From Acidobacteriaceae bacterium (GTDB taxonomy: Bacteria > Acidobacteriota > Terriglobia > Terriglobales > Acidobacteriaceae), in the NCBI GenBank assembly GCA_036267295.1, contig DATAWI010000008.1:21373-85372 (forward strand): a stretch of 64,000 nucleotides of DNA, written 5' to 3'. The translations under genes and the position numbers were made by a program. Below the pieces are notes generated by a model. The model ran no database searches. It was given only the letters and a program-made list of their open reading frames with translations, and had not been told where the DNA came from. Positions 7,060 through 16,112 of the stretch are shown piece after piece. The first letter of the stretch is position 1, and each line of letters starts with the position of its first letter.

Positions 7060-9477
7060 CTACCGCATCGCCACCACCTGCGTCCCCGCATGCAGCGCCG
7101 TCGCCCGCCCTTGCCAAACCAGCGTCCCCGCCAATCTCTCCGGCAGCGTCACCGTCGCCGTCCACCCCGCGCCCTTCCGCTCATACACGGTATGGATCGC
7201 TCCCCCCGCGTGCGGCATCGACGCATCCAGATGATGCAGCCCCGCCAGGTGCGGCGCAATTCGCACCCGCGCAAACCCCGGCGCATCCGGAGCGATCCCC
7301 GCCACTAGCGTCAGCAAATCGTAATTCGGACTCGCGCTCCACGCATGGCAATCCGACCGCGTCGGTTCCGGCTGCTCCGCCCACGTGCTCAGCCCCAGCC
7401 GCAGCATGGCATACCAGGGTTGTAACTGCGACAGATACAAATCCCCCACGCCCGCATGCTCCAGCGCCCGCGCCAGATAAAATCGGAAATAATACGTCGG
7501 CGTCGACATCGCCGGAACCGTCTTGCCCTCCACCGTCGCCTCTCCATCCGGCTGCGACCCCAGCACCCGCCGCAAAATCCCCGCCTGCTCCCCCCGCGGA
7601 GCCACGTCCAGCCACACCGCCAGAATGTTCGCCTCCTGGCTGAACGTCTTCTTCGCAGGAGTATCCGCGTACAGCCCCGCCCGCGCATCCCACGTCTCCG
7701 CATTCAGCGCCGCCGCGGCCTTCCGCGCCATCGCCTCATACTGCGCCGCCCGTTCCGCGCTGCCCATCTGCGTTTCCATCGCCGCCGCATCGTGCAGCGC
7801 TTCGATAAACTGCAGAGTCAAAAACGCCGACCCGCCATCCGCTTCCTGCGGAGGCACCCCGCCCCCGTAATCCGCGGTCCAGTCCCCAAATTCCCACCAC
7901 TCCATCTTCCCCAGCAGCCCATCCGCCCGTTGCCGCGCCGCAAACCAGTCCAGCACCGTGCGCGTATGCGGCAGCGTCGCGCGCACCAGCGCCGCATCGT
8001 CCACATACATCCAGTAATCGTGCAGCATCCCTACCCACAGCAGCGAAAACGGCGGGATCATCTGCGGCAGCCCCGACGGATACCGACTCTGCGTGATCCC
8101 CTCCGTCACCCGCGAATCGTCAATATTCTCGATGGCCTGCTTCGCCAACCGGCTGTCGCCCGTCACCGCATACGAGATCAGCGCCTGGATGCGCGTGTCC
8201 CCCACATACTGCAACTGCTCCCAATACGGAGCATCCATGTACGTCTCGTGCGCGCACAGTCGCGCCGTCCGCCAACCCGTCGACCACAGCGCGTCCAGTT
8301 CCGGAATATCCCCATCGATCTTCGCCTTCGCATCGAATGGATACGCCGTAAACCACGCGCGCAGCCCCTCCAGTTCCAGCGGCTGATCCTCGGTCGTCAC
8401 ATCGATTTGCAGATACCGCCAGGTCCGCCACCACAGCGGCGTAAACACCTCATGCTCCCCTCCGCCGGCAACAAACTGATCCGTAATCCCCGCGATGTGC
8501 CGCCCCGCAATCTCGTTCCGGTTCCCCTTTTGCCCATGCGCATCGTAGAGCGCTTCAGAATAAGTAACCGCCAGGGTGGCATTCGCGCCGCCGCTCACCG
8601 TCAGCTCCGGATACGCCGTCTCCAGCACCCGATGATCCAGCAGCAGCGTCGCGTGGCTGTGTGCCGGAACCGTCACCGGCCCCGCCGGAAAATCCGGCAT
8701 CCCCGCCAACCCCTCAGCTCGCACCACCGTCCCCGCATCCGTCAGCCGATGCTCCATCGCCGGCAGTGCATCCTGCTGCAACTCCCAGCGATTGTCCGCA
8801 TCCGACGCCCCCCGCGTCGCCGCCCGCCCCACCACCCGCGGCGCAGTCCATCCAGCGCTTTCGCCAGCAGGCTCGTCCGGCTTGTCCCAACCCCAGTCCA
8901 CCACCCGCCCGTCGATCTTTTCCCCCGGCCCCGCCGCATAGTAGTCGTGCAGCCCGTCATGCCCCACCGCCGACCGTCCCGGCTCCGCGCGTACCTGCCA
9001 CGTCGCGCCCGTATTCACACCCGCTTCGGCCGCCGTATCGCCCTGCATCAGGAAGCCCGTGCGGTTGCTCATCTGCGCCACCGGCGCCTCCTCGCCAAAG
9101 TTCCACACCGTCGCCGCAATCACGTTCGCGCCCGCACGCAGCAGCGGCGCCAGGTCCACCGTCTCGAACCGCCAGTGAAACAAATCCCCGCGCGCTGGCC
9201 CCTCCGCCGCATACGCCCCGTTTACGTGCAGCAGAAAGCGATTGTCCGCGCTCGCGTGGACCCAGAAGTGCGCCGGCACAGCATCCAGGGTCAGCTCTTT
9301 GCGAAAATAGAAAACGCCGGCATCCGCACCCGGGCTCGCAATCCACCGCGCCGGCCACTGCACCGCCACCAGCTGCGGATTCAAGGGCTTCGTCTCCTGC
9401 GCCCCGCCCGTCCCCATCCCGCCCAGCGCAACCACCGCCGCGCCCCACACCGCCGTCATCCACATGCGTCTCTGCAT
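7060..9477 (-). CDS. alpha-L-rhamnosidase-like (GH78-type) six-hairpin glycoside hydrolase
   Basis: 805 aa with a signal peptide (MTAVWGAAVVALGG..AQ). It has an N-terminal beta-sandwich region and then ..HETYMDAPYWEQLQYVGDTRIQ.. and ..RSDCHAWSASPNYDL.., which resemble the bacterial rhamnosidase catalytic domain. The family call is made from memory only. Confidence 0.65.
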   Translation of the reverse strand: MQRRMWMTAVWGAAVVALGGMGTGGAQETKPLNPQLVAVQWPARWIASPGADAGVFYFRKELTLDAVPAHFWVHASADNRFLLHVNGAYAAEGPARGDLFHWRFETVDLAPLLRAGANVIAATVWNFGEEAPVAQMSNRTGFLMQGDTAAEAGVNTGATWQVRAEPGRSAVGHDGLHDYYAAGPGEKIDGRVVDWGWDKPDEPAGESAGWTAPRVVGRAATRGASDADNRWELQQDALPAMEHRLTDAGTVVRAEGLAGMPDFPAGPVTVPAHSHATLLLDHRVLETAYPELTVSGGANATLAVTYSEALYDAHGQKGNRNEIAGRHIAGITDQFVAGGGEHEVFTPLWWRTWRYLQIDVTTEDQPLELEGLRAWFTAYPFDAKAKIDGDIPELDALWSTGWRTARLCAHETYMDAPYWEQLQYVGDTRIQALISYAVTGDSRLAKQAIENIDDSRVTEGITQSRYPSGLPQMIPPFSLLWVGMLHDYWMYVDDAALVRATLPHTRTVLDWFAARQRADGLLGKMEWWEFGDWTADYGGGVPPQEADGGSAFLTLQFIEALHDAAAMETQMGSAERAAQYEAMARKAAAALNAETWDARAGLYADTPAKKTFSQEANILAVWLDVAPRGEQAGILRRVLGSQPDGEATVEGKTVPAMSTPTYYFRFYLARALEHAGVGDLYLSQLQPWYAMLRLGLSTWAEQPEPTRSDCHAWSASPNYDLLTLVAGIAPDAPGFARVRIAPHLAGLHHLDASMPHAGGAIHTVYERKGAGWTATVTLPERLAGTLVWQGRATALHAGTQVVAMR

Positions 9478-9536
9478 CGCCGCCAGCCTACCAGAATCAA
9501 ACCGGATACACTGTCCTCATTCCGCGAGGTGCGCTC

Positions 9537-11744
9537 ATGCCCCCATCCATCATCGGAACCCCCACCATCCGCGTGGACGGCCCCCTCAAAGTCACCGGCG
9601 CCGCCGAGTATTCCGCCGACTTCGCCTTCCCCCGCCTCGCGCACATGGTCCTCGTCTCCAGCCCCATCGCCAAAGGCAAAATCCTCCGCGTGGATGCTGC
9701 CCGCGCCGCCGCCCTGCCCGGCGTGCTCCGCGTCTATTCCCACGGTCACGCCCCCGCTCTCTTTCGCCCCATTCCCGACGACGACAATGCCGTCGTCGAC
9801 GAAAGCCGTCCGCCCCTCGACGACGACACCGTCTACTACGCCGGACAATATGTAGCCGCCGTGGTGGCAGAAACCTTCGAGCAGGCCACCGCCGCCGCGT
9901 CCGCCGTCCACGTCGAGTACGCCGCCGAAACCCCCAACGTCGCCACCGACCTCAGCGACAGCTGGAAAGACCTCGACAAAGAAAACAGCCGCGGCGACCT
10001 CGAGAAGGCCTTCGCCGCCGCCCCCGTCCAGATTGACGAAACCTACGTCACCCCCACCGAAACCCACAATCCCATCGAGCTCCACGCCTCCGTCGCCGTG
10101 TGGGACGGCCAGAGCTTCACCCTCTACGAAACCACGCAGTCGCTCCTCAACCACCAGGCCGTCATGGCCCAGTTCCTCGGCGTCCCCAAAGAGAACGTCC
10201 GCATCGTCATGAAGTATCTCGGCTCCGGATTCGGCGGCAAGCTCTGGCCCTGGTCCCACGCGCCCCTCGCCGCCGCCGCCGCCCGCGACCTCAACCGCCC
10301 CGTCAAAGCGGTCGTCACTCGCCAGGCCATGTTCACCAGCGTGGGCCATCGTCCCCGCACCCAGCAGCGCATCCGCCTCGGCGCCACCGCCGATGGACAC
10401 CTCACCGCCCTCGGCCACGACTACACCAACCACACCTCGCAGATCACTGACTACTCCGAGGGCTGCGGGGAGGCCACGCCCTACCTCTACTCCACGCCCA
10501 ATCTCCTGTTGCGCGCTGCCAAAGCGAAGCGCAACGTCGGCCCGCCCACCGCCATGCGCGGACCCGGCGCGGTCCCCGGCCTCTTTGCCCTCGAATCCGG
10601 CATGGACGAACTCGCCATCAAGCTCAACCTCGATCCCGTCGCCCTCCGCCTCGCCAACGAGCCGGAGAAAGACGAGAGCAACGGCAAGCCCTTCTCCTCC
10701 CGCCATCTCCGCGAGTGCATCACCACCGGCGCCGAACGTTTTGGATGGTCAAAGCGCACTCCGGCTCCCGGCTCCATGCGCCGCGGCGACAAAATTCTCG
10801 GATGGGGCATGGGTTGCGCCTCCTGGGGCGCCTTCCGCATGTCCTGCAACGCCTCCGTCTCCCTCAATCGCGATGCCTCCGCCCGCGTCAGTTGCGCCAC
10901 CCAGGACATCGGCGGCGGCACCTACACCGTCTTCGCCCAGGTCGTCTCCGACCACACCGGCATCCCCGTCGACAAAATCGAAGTCGTCCTCGGCGACACC
11001 ACGCTGCCTGTCGGCCCGCTCTCCGGAGGCTCCTGGGTCACCGCCTCCGTCATCCCCGCCATCGCCGACGCCTGCCAGTCTGCCATCCACTCGCTCATCG
11101 GCATCGCCGTCAACGCGCCCGCCTCCGCCTTCTCCGGCGAAAAAGCCGCTGACCTCGAGTTCGCCAACGGCCTCCTCACCTCAAAGAAGAGTCCCGCCAA
11201 ACCCGCAGTCCCCTTCGACCAGATCCTCACCAGCGCCAATATCCACAGCGCCATCGGCAACGGCAAGTCCATCAGTTCCTTCGAAGATCCCGCCTCGCAG
11301 AAATTCTCGCAGCACTCCTTCGGCGCGCATTTTGTCGAAGTCGAGTGGGATCCCGGCATCGCCCATCTGCGCGTCAGCCGCGTCGTTTCTGTCATGGATG
11401 TGGGCCGCGTCATCAACCCGCGCCCCGCGCGCAATCAGGTCGCCGGAGCCGTCGTCATGGGCATCGGCATGGCGCTCTTCGAGCACACGCTCTACGATCC
11501 GCGCACCGGCTCGCCCGTCAACGCCAATCTCGCCGACTACATCGTCGCCACCAACGCCGACGTCCCCGACCTTGACGTGGTTTTCCTCGACTATCCGGAT
11601 CTCACGCTGAACGCCTACGGAGCCCGCGGCGCAGGCGAAATCGGATTAGCCGGCACCGCTCCCGCCATCACCGCGGCGGTCTACCACGCCACCGGCATCC
11701 GCGTCCGCGAACTACCCGTGCGCATAGAAGACCTGCTCACCTAA
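9537..11744 (+). CDS. xanthine dehydrogenase/aldehyde oxidase-family molybdopterin-binding (large) subunit
   Basis: The true start is MPPSIIGTPTIRVDGPLKVTGAAEYSADF.. (ATG 9537, GAGG 9-12 nt upstream). The a/b-hammerhead and Mo-binding domains run through to ..GARGAGEIGLAGTAPAITAAVYHATGIRVRELPV... The 5' 876 nt of track ORF 8661.. is antisense to the GH78-like gene. Confidence 0.9.
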   Translation: MPPSIIGTPTIRVDGPLKVTGAAEYSADFAFPRLAHMVLVSSPIAKGKILRVDAARAAALPGVLRVYSHGHAPALFRPIPDDDNAVVDESRPPLDDDTVYYAGQYVAAVVAETFEQATAAASAVHVEYAAETPNVATDLSDSWKDLDKENSRGDLEKAFAAAPVQIDETYVTPTETHNPIELHASVAVWDGQSFTLYETTQSLLNHQAVMAQFLGVPKENVRIVMKYLGSGFGGKLWPWSHAPLAAAAARDLNRPVKAVVTRQAMFTSVGHRPRTQQRIRLGATADGHLTALGHDYTNHTSQITDYSEGCGEATPYLYSTPNLLLRAAKAKRNVGPPTAMRGPGAVPGLFALESGMDELAIKLNLDPVALRLANEPEKDESNGKPFSSRHLRECITTGAERFGWSKRTPAPGSMRRGDKILGWGMGCASWGAFRMSCNASVSLNRDASARVSCATQDIGGGTYTVFAQVVSDHTGIPVDKIEVVLGDTTLPVGPLSGGSWVTASVIPAIADACQSAIHSLIGIAVNAPASAFSGEKAADLEFANGLLTSKKSPAKPAVPFDQILTSANIHSAIGNGKSISSFEDPASQKFSQHSFGAHFVEVEWDPGIAHLRVSRVVSVMDVGRVINPRPARNQVAGAVVMGIGMALFEHTLYDPRTGSPVNANLADYIVATNADVPDLDVVFLDYPDLTLNAYGARGAGEIGLAGTAPAITAAVYHATGIRVRELPVRIEDLLT

Positions 11745-11828
11745 CCGGTAAGTGGCCATGCGAACCATAGTTATCTGAGTGGATAAGTGGCCTATTAAGC
11801 CCGTAGTTAGTTGAGTGGGTAAGAATCC

Positions 11829-11863
11829 GGGTGCCCCATCCGAGCCGCTGTTGCTCAAGTGGG
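11829..11863 (+). repeat. REP-like hairpin family A, degenerate copy
   Basis: GGGTGCCCCATCCGAGCCGCTGTTGCTCAAGTGGG has the same architecture, with two stem mismatches. Confidence 0.6.
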
Positions 11864-11889
11864 TTGAGCGCGCCAAAGGCGGCCCAGTT

Positions 11890-11990
11890 CCCTAAACCCT
11901 GATCCCTGTTCCCTAAACCCTACACCCTACACCCTATCCCCTGTTCCCTATCCCCTGTTCCCTACACCCTGTTCCCTACACCCTGTCCCC
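11890..11990 (-). repeat. (CCCTNNN)14 heptamer array, G-rich on - strand; includes CCCTAAA (complement of TTTAGGG) units
   Basis: The 101-nt array reads ccctaaa ccctgat ccctgtt ccctaaa ccctaca ccctaca ccctat cccctgtt ccctat cccctgtt ccctaca ccctgtt ccctaca ccctgt cccc. It abuts the stop codon (11991-11993) of the - strand response-regulator gene. Confidence 0.9.
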
Positions 11991-12440
11991 TCACAACCCC
12001 CGCAGCTTCGCCACCAACTCATCCGGATGAATCGGCTTCGCGATCAGCTCAAACTGATGTCCATCCCCCTGCGCCTTGCGCATCATCTCGGCCGTCGCCG
12101 CCTGCCCGGAGAACAAAACGATCCGCGCCAGCGGATACTCCCGCCGCAACTGCATGCCCAGCTCCACCCCTGACATCCGCGGCATCAGCACGTCGCTCAG
12201 CACAATGTCCGGCGGTGTTCGGCGCGCGGCGGCCAGCGCGTCTTCTCCGCTGTACACGGCCTCCGCTTCGAACCCGTTGTGGTTCAGGATGGTGGCCACC
12301 GTGCTCGCAATCAGCGCCTCGTCGTCCACCACCAGCACGCGCAGCCGGTTGTGACCGTTTCCCTCCTCGGCTCCGTTGGCCGGTTCAGGAAAAGCGTAAG
12401 GCGGTACATCCGCCGGCGACAACCTAACCTGCTCAAACAC
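11991..12440 (-). CDS. single-domain response regulator (REC only)
   Basis: ..RVLVVDDEALIASTVATILNHNGFEAEAVYSGEDALAAARRTPPDIVLSDVLMPRMSG..AKPIHPDELV.. shows the canonical DD..D..K receiver. It lies 26 nt downstream of the kinase gene. The exact start is uncertain (GTG at 12440). Confidence 0.85.
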   Translation of the reverse strand: MFEQVRLSPADVPPYAFPEPANGAEEGNGHNRLRVLVVDDEALIASTVATILNHNGFEAEAVYSGEDALAAARRTPPDIVLSDVLMPRMSGVELGMQLRREYPLARIVLFSGQAATAEMMRKAQGDGHQFELIAKPIHPDELVAKLRGL

Positions 12441-12466
12441 AGTCTGCTGGCCCTCCCCATCGGGGT

Positions 12467-15400
12467 CTACATAATGCGCGGTGGCGTCGTGTCTCTCCTA
12501 TCTTGTGCTCCAGGAGCGGTCACCCGCGGTAGAAATATCGTAAATGTCGTTCCATGGCGCGTCGATCCCGTTTCGCTCCTCACCTCCACCGTCCCGCCCC
12601 ACGACAAGACAAACTGCTGCACCACCCACAGCCCCAGTCCCGTGCCTGCGCCCGTCTTGGTCGTGAAGAACGGCTCGAACATCCGCCCCAAATTCTCCTG
12701 CGGAATCCCCATCCCCGTATCTGCCACCGTCACGGTCACCCCGTCCGCGTCCTCCGCCTTCCGCATCGCAAGGCGCAGCGTTCCCCCATCGCGCGTCGCG
12801 TCAATCGCATTCGATATCAGGTTCGAAAAAACCTGGTGCAGTTCGCCCCGCAGCGCCCGCACCGGCGCCAGAATCGTAAAGTCCCGCGCCACCGCGATGC
12901 CCGACGCCCGCAACCGGCTTTCGTACACCGTCAGCACCTCTTCCAGCAACGCCGCCAGGTCGACATCCGACGGAACCGACGTCTCCCGGTAGAAGCCCAG
13001 CGTGTGCCGCGCAATGTGCGCCACCCGCGTCAGCTCCTTCTCCGCGGTGATCAGATACTCCTGGATCGCCTCCGCCTCCTGCCGCGACGTCCGCGCCAGA
13101 TAAATCAGGTTCAGCACCGACTCCAGCGGATTGTTGATCTCGTGCGCAATCGTCGCCGCCAGCCGTCCCGTCGCTGCCAGCTTCTCGCTCAGCAGCAGCT
13201 TCTCCTGCTGCATCCGCCGCTCCGTCACGTCCGTCCCAAAAATCGATAAGCCATGCTCCGACGGATACACATTCGCCCGCACCCACCGCCCCACCGGAGC
13301 GTAGAATTCTTCCACCCGCGTCACCTCGCCCGTCTCCATGGTCGTGTGGAACGCCTCCCCGAACTTCGACGCCTCCATCTCCGGAAAGACCGTCCACAGG
13401 CTCTTGCCCATCATGTCCGCCAACGGTACCAGTCCCAGCGCTGCCGACTGCTCGTTCGCGTACTGGATCCTCCACCCGCGGTCCACATACAAAAACGCCT
13501 CGGAAATGCTCCCCAGAATCCCGCGGTATTGCTCTTCCGCCGTCTCCGCCTTTTTCCGCAGCTCATGTTCCTGCGCGCTCAGCTCCTGGCGCAATCGGTG
13601 CATCGCCACATGCGATGTCACCCGCGCCATCAGCTCCCGCGCCGTGAACGGCTTCACCAGATAATCGTCCGCGCCCGCTTCCAGTCCCCCTGCCTCGGCT
13701 TCCTCGCCGGCCCGCGCCGACAGCATGATCACCGGAATCGTCGCCAGCGCCGCGTCCTCCCGCAGCGCCCGCAGCAGCCCGAATCCGTCCATCCGCGGCA
13801 TCATCACGTCGGTCAGCACCAGGTCCGGCGGATTCTCCCGCGCCGCCGCCATCGCCTCTTCCCCGTCCCCCACCGCCGTCACGCTGAACCGCCGCCCCAA
13901 CAGCCGCTGCACGTACTCCCGCATATCGCGGTTGTCATCCGCCAGCAGCACCCGCCCCCGGACACCCGCTCCCGCCTCGTCTCCCAGCGGCCCCAGATCC
14001 AGATCCTTCGCCACCTGCTCTTCCCCCGGATCCTCGTCCGGCAGCCACCGCAGCGCTTCCTGCACATATGGCGCGGCTCCCATCGTCCTCTCGCTCGCGG
14101 ACTCGTTCAGCTCCGCCGCCGGCAAATGCTCGCTCCCGAACCGCAGCCGCACCCGAAACGTCGTCCCCTCGCCCAGCCGGCTCTCCACCGCCACCGTCCC
14201 GCCATGCAGCCGCACCAGCTCGTCCACCAGCGCCAGCCCAATGCCCGTCCCCTCGTGTGTCCGCCCCGCCGCTCCTTCGATCCGGTGGAACCGTTCGAAG
14301 ATCCGTGGCAGCTCGCTCTCCGGAATCCCCGTCCCCGTATCGCGCACCGCCAGCTCCGCCATCCCATCCACCGCCCGCAGCGTCACCTCCACGCCGCCCT
14401 GCAGCGTGAATTTGAAGGCGTTCGACAGCAGGTTCAGCACGATCTTCTCCCACATCTCCGGATCCACCACCACCGCCGCCGCCAGCGGCTCGCACCGCAC
14501 CGTGTAACGCAGCCCCGCCCGCTCCATCGCGGACTCGAACACGCTCGCCAGCTCCGCCGTCCGCGCGCTCAGGTCCACCGCCCGGTACGCCGCCTGGATG
14601 CGTCCCGCCTCGATCCGCGAGAAATCCAGCAGCGTGTTCACCAGCTTCAGCAGCCGCAGCCCGTTGCGGTGCACCGTCTCCACCTCGCGGTACTCCTCCG
14701 CCGGCATCGCATCCCGATGATGGTTCAGAATGTCTTCCAGCGGCCCCAGCATCAGCGTCAGCGGCGTTCGGAACTCGTGGCTCACGTTGCTGAAGAAGAT
14801 GGTCTTCGCTCGATCCAGTTCCGCCAGCGACTCGGCCCGCTGCCGCTCCTGCTCATACGCCCGCGCATTCGCCACCGCCGCCGCAATCTGCCCCGCCACC
14901 AGCTCCAGAAATCCCGCATACTCCGCGTCCAGCTGCCGGTACGGGTTCAGCCCCGCCACGAAAAACCCCGCCGCCTCATCCTGCCCCTGCCGCTGCAGCG
15001 GAACCAGCACCGCTCGTACCGGCGGAGCATCCCACGCCCCGCTCGGCAGCTTCCCAAAACACTGCTCCAGGTCCTCCACCACCACCAGCCCCTTGCCCGC
15101 TCTCAGCTCGGCCGCCGGCCAAACGGCTTTCCCGCCATCGAGAACGATCTCCTCCGGCGCTGCCGCATGTCCCCGCTCCATGCCGGTCGCGCACGCCAGC
15201 CGCGCACGCCCATTCTCGAAGAAATACGTCAGCGTAAACGGCAAATCCTTCGGATTCTCGCTTAAGCAGCTCTCCAGGGCCCGCAACGCTTCCGCTTCGG
15301 CAATCGCTCCCCCCAGTGCCGCCGCCAGCGACCGCAGAAACCGCAGCCGCCGCTCGCCAATCACCCGGTCGGTCTCTTCGGTCACCACGCACAGCATCCC

Positions 15401-15979
15401 CGTGATCGGAGCTTGCCCGTTCGCCCCCACATCGCCGCTCAGCGGACTGTAGGAAAAGGTGTGGTAGGTCTCTTCGCGGTAGCCGCTCCGCTCCAGAAAC
15501 AGCAGCAGCGCCTCATCCCAGGTCGCCTCGCCGCCTTCCAGCACGCGCTCCACCCGCGGCCCAATATCTGTCCAGATTTCCCGCCACACCTCGCTCGCCG
15601 GCTGGCCCAGCGCCCACGGATGCTTCTTCCCCAGCGTCATCCGCGCGTAGGTGTCGTTGTAAAGAAAGGTCAGCTCCGGGCCCCAGCCCATCCACATCGC
15701 AAACCGCGACGTCAGCAGGATCCGCACCACCGTCCGCAGGCTCTGCGGCCATTGCTCCGCTGGACCCAGCGGCGTTTGCGCCCAGTCCATCTGCGCCATC
15801 AACGCGCCAACGTCGCCGCCGCCCGCAAACAAGTCCGCCGTCGACCCCGTCCCACTCGGCGGAATCGCTTTCGCCTTCGACCCTGCTCCTCCATCCAGCC
15901 GCGCAGAACCGTTCGTACCCGGTGCGTCCACAGACCCGACCTCAAATGACTCTATGAGCCCAGTCGGCACACGCCGCAC
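12467..15979 (-). CDS. hybrid sensor histidine kinase with two complete transmitter modules (PAS/GAF - HisKA-HATPase - REC - PAS - HisKA-HATPase)
   Basis: First H-box FFSNVSHEFRTPLT with its ATPase ..VRDTGTGIPESELPRIFERFHR..GTGIGLALV... Receiver RVLLADDNRDMREY..DLVLTDVMMPRMDG..LVKPF. PAS ..YRGILGSISEAFLYVDRGWRIQYAN... Second H-box TIAHEINNPLESV with its ATPase ..VADTGMGIPQENLGRMFEPFFTTK..GTGLGLWVV... The start is uncertain (GTG at 15979, or later near MAQMDWAQTPLG). Confidence 0.85.
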   Translation of the reverse strand: MRRVPTGLIESFEVGSVDAPGTNGSARLDGGAGSKAKAIPPSGTGSTADLFAGGGDVGALMAQMDWAQTPLGPAEQWPQSLRTVVRILLTSRFAMWMGWGPELTFLYNDTYARMTLGKKHPWALGQPASEVWREIWTDIGPRVERVLEGGEATWDEALLLFLERSGYREETYHTFSYSPLSGDVGANGQAPITGMLCVVTEETDRVIGERRLRFLRSLAAALGGAIAEAEALRALESCLSENPKDLPFTLTYFFENGRARLACATGMERGHAAAPEEIVLDGGKAVWPAAELRAGKGLVVVEDLEQCFGKLPSGAWDAPPVRAVLVPLQRQGQDEAAGFFVAGLNPYRQLDAEYAGFLELVAGQIAAAVANARAYEQERQRAESLAELDRAKTIFFSNVSHEFRTPLTLMLGPLEDILNHHRDAMPAEEYREVETVHRNGLRLLKLVNTLLDFSRIEAGRIQAAYRAVDLSARTAELASVFESAMERAGLRYTVRCEPLAAAVVVDPEMWEKIVLNLLSNAFKFTLQGGVEVTLRAVDGMAELAVRDTGTGIPESELPRIFERFHRIEGAAGRTHEGTGIGLALVDELVRLHGGTVAVESRLGEGTTFRVRLRFGSEHLPAAELNESASERTMGAAPYVQEALRWLPDEDPGEEQVAKDLDLGPLGDEAGAGVRGRVLLADDNRDMREYVQRLLGRRFSVTAVGDGEEAMAAARENPPDLVLTDVMMPRMDGFGLLRALREDAALATIPVIMLSARAGEEAEAGGLEAGADDYLVKPFTARELMARVTSHVAMHRLRQELSAQEHELRKKAETAEEQYRGILGSISEAFLYVDRGWRIQYANEQSAALGLVPLADMMGKSLWTVFPEMEASKFGEAFHTTMETGEVTRVEEFYAPVGRWVRANVYPSEHGLSIFGTDVTERRMQQEKLLLSEKLAATGRLAATIAHEINNPLESVLNLIYLARTSRQEAEAIQEYLITAEKELTRVAHIARHTLGFYRETSVPSDVDLAALLEEVLTVYESRLRASGIAVARDFTILAPVRALRGELHQVFSNLISNAIDATRDGGTLRLAMRKAEDADGVTVTVADTGMGIPQENLGRMFEPFFTTKTGAGTGLGLWVVQQFVLSWGGTVEVRSETGSTRHGTTFTIFLPRVTAPGAQDRRDTTPPRIM

Positions 15980-16112
15980 CCGATTCTGATACGCGGAATG
16001 GCGAGCCTTCCCAGGACTTTTGCAGAGTGATTCTATCCAGAGCTGAAAATGGATCGACCATTGGATGGCCGCCCTTTTCGCCGGGTTGCCCCTCTATGTC
16101 GCATACCGGACA

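Noticed and set aside
7456-9855. Very long antisense or off-frame ORFs. Examples are 7456..9855(+), 13253..15265(+), 16065..17915(+), 18945..20711(+), 22398..24770(+), 40842..41795(+), 44914..47445(+), 56810..58600(+) and 60823..62496(-).
   Set aside because: All are R/P/H/Q- or G/A/R-rich, lack motifs, and lie opposite genes with clear family signatures. They are stop-codon-poor shadow frames expected at this GC content.
11890-11990. TTTAGGG/CCCTAAA-containing array as a telomere or replicon end
   Set aside because: The array is embedded between ordinary genes on both sides. The units are degenerate. Two similar arrays lie 5-7 kb away, also in internal intergenic gaps.
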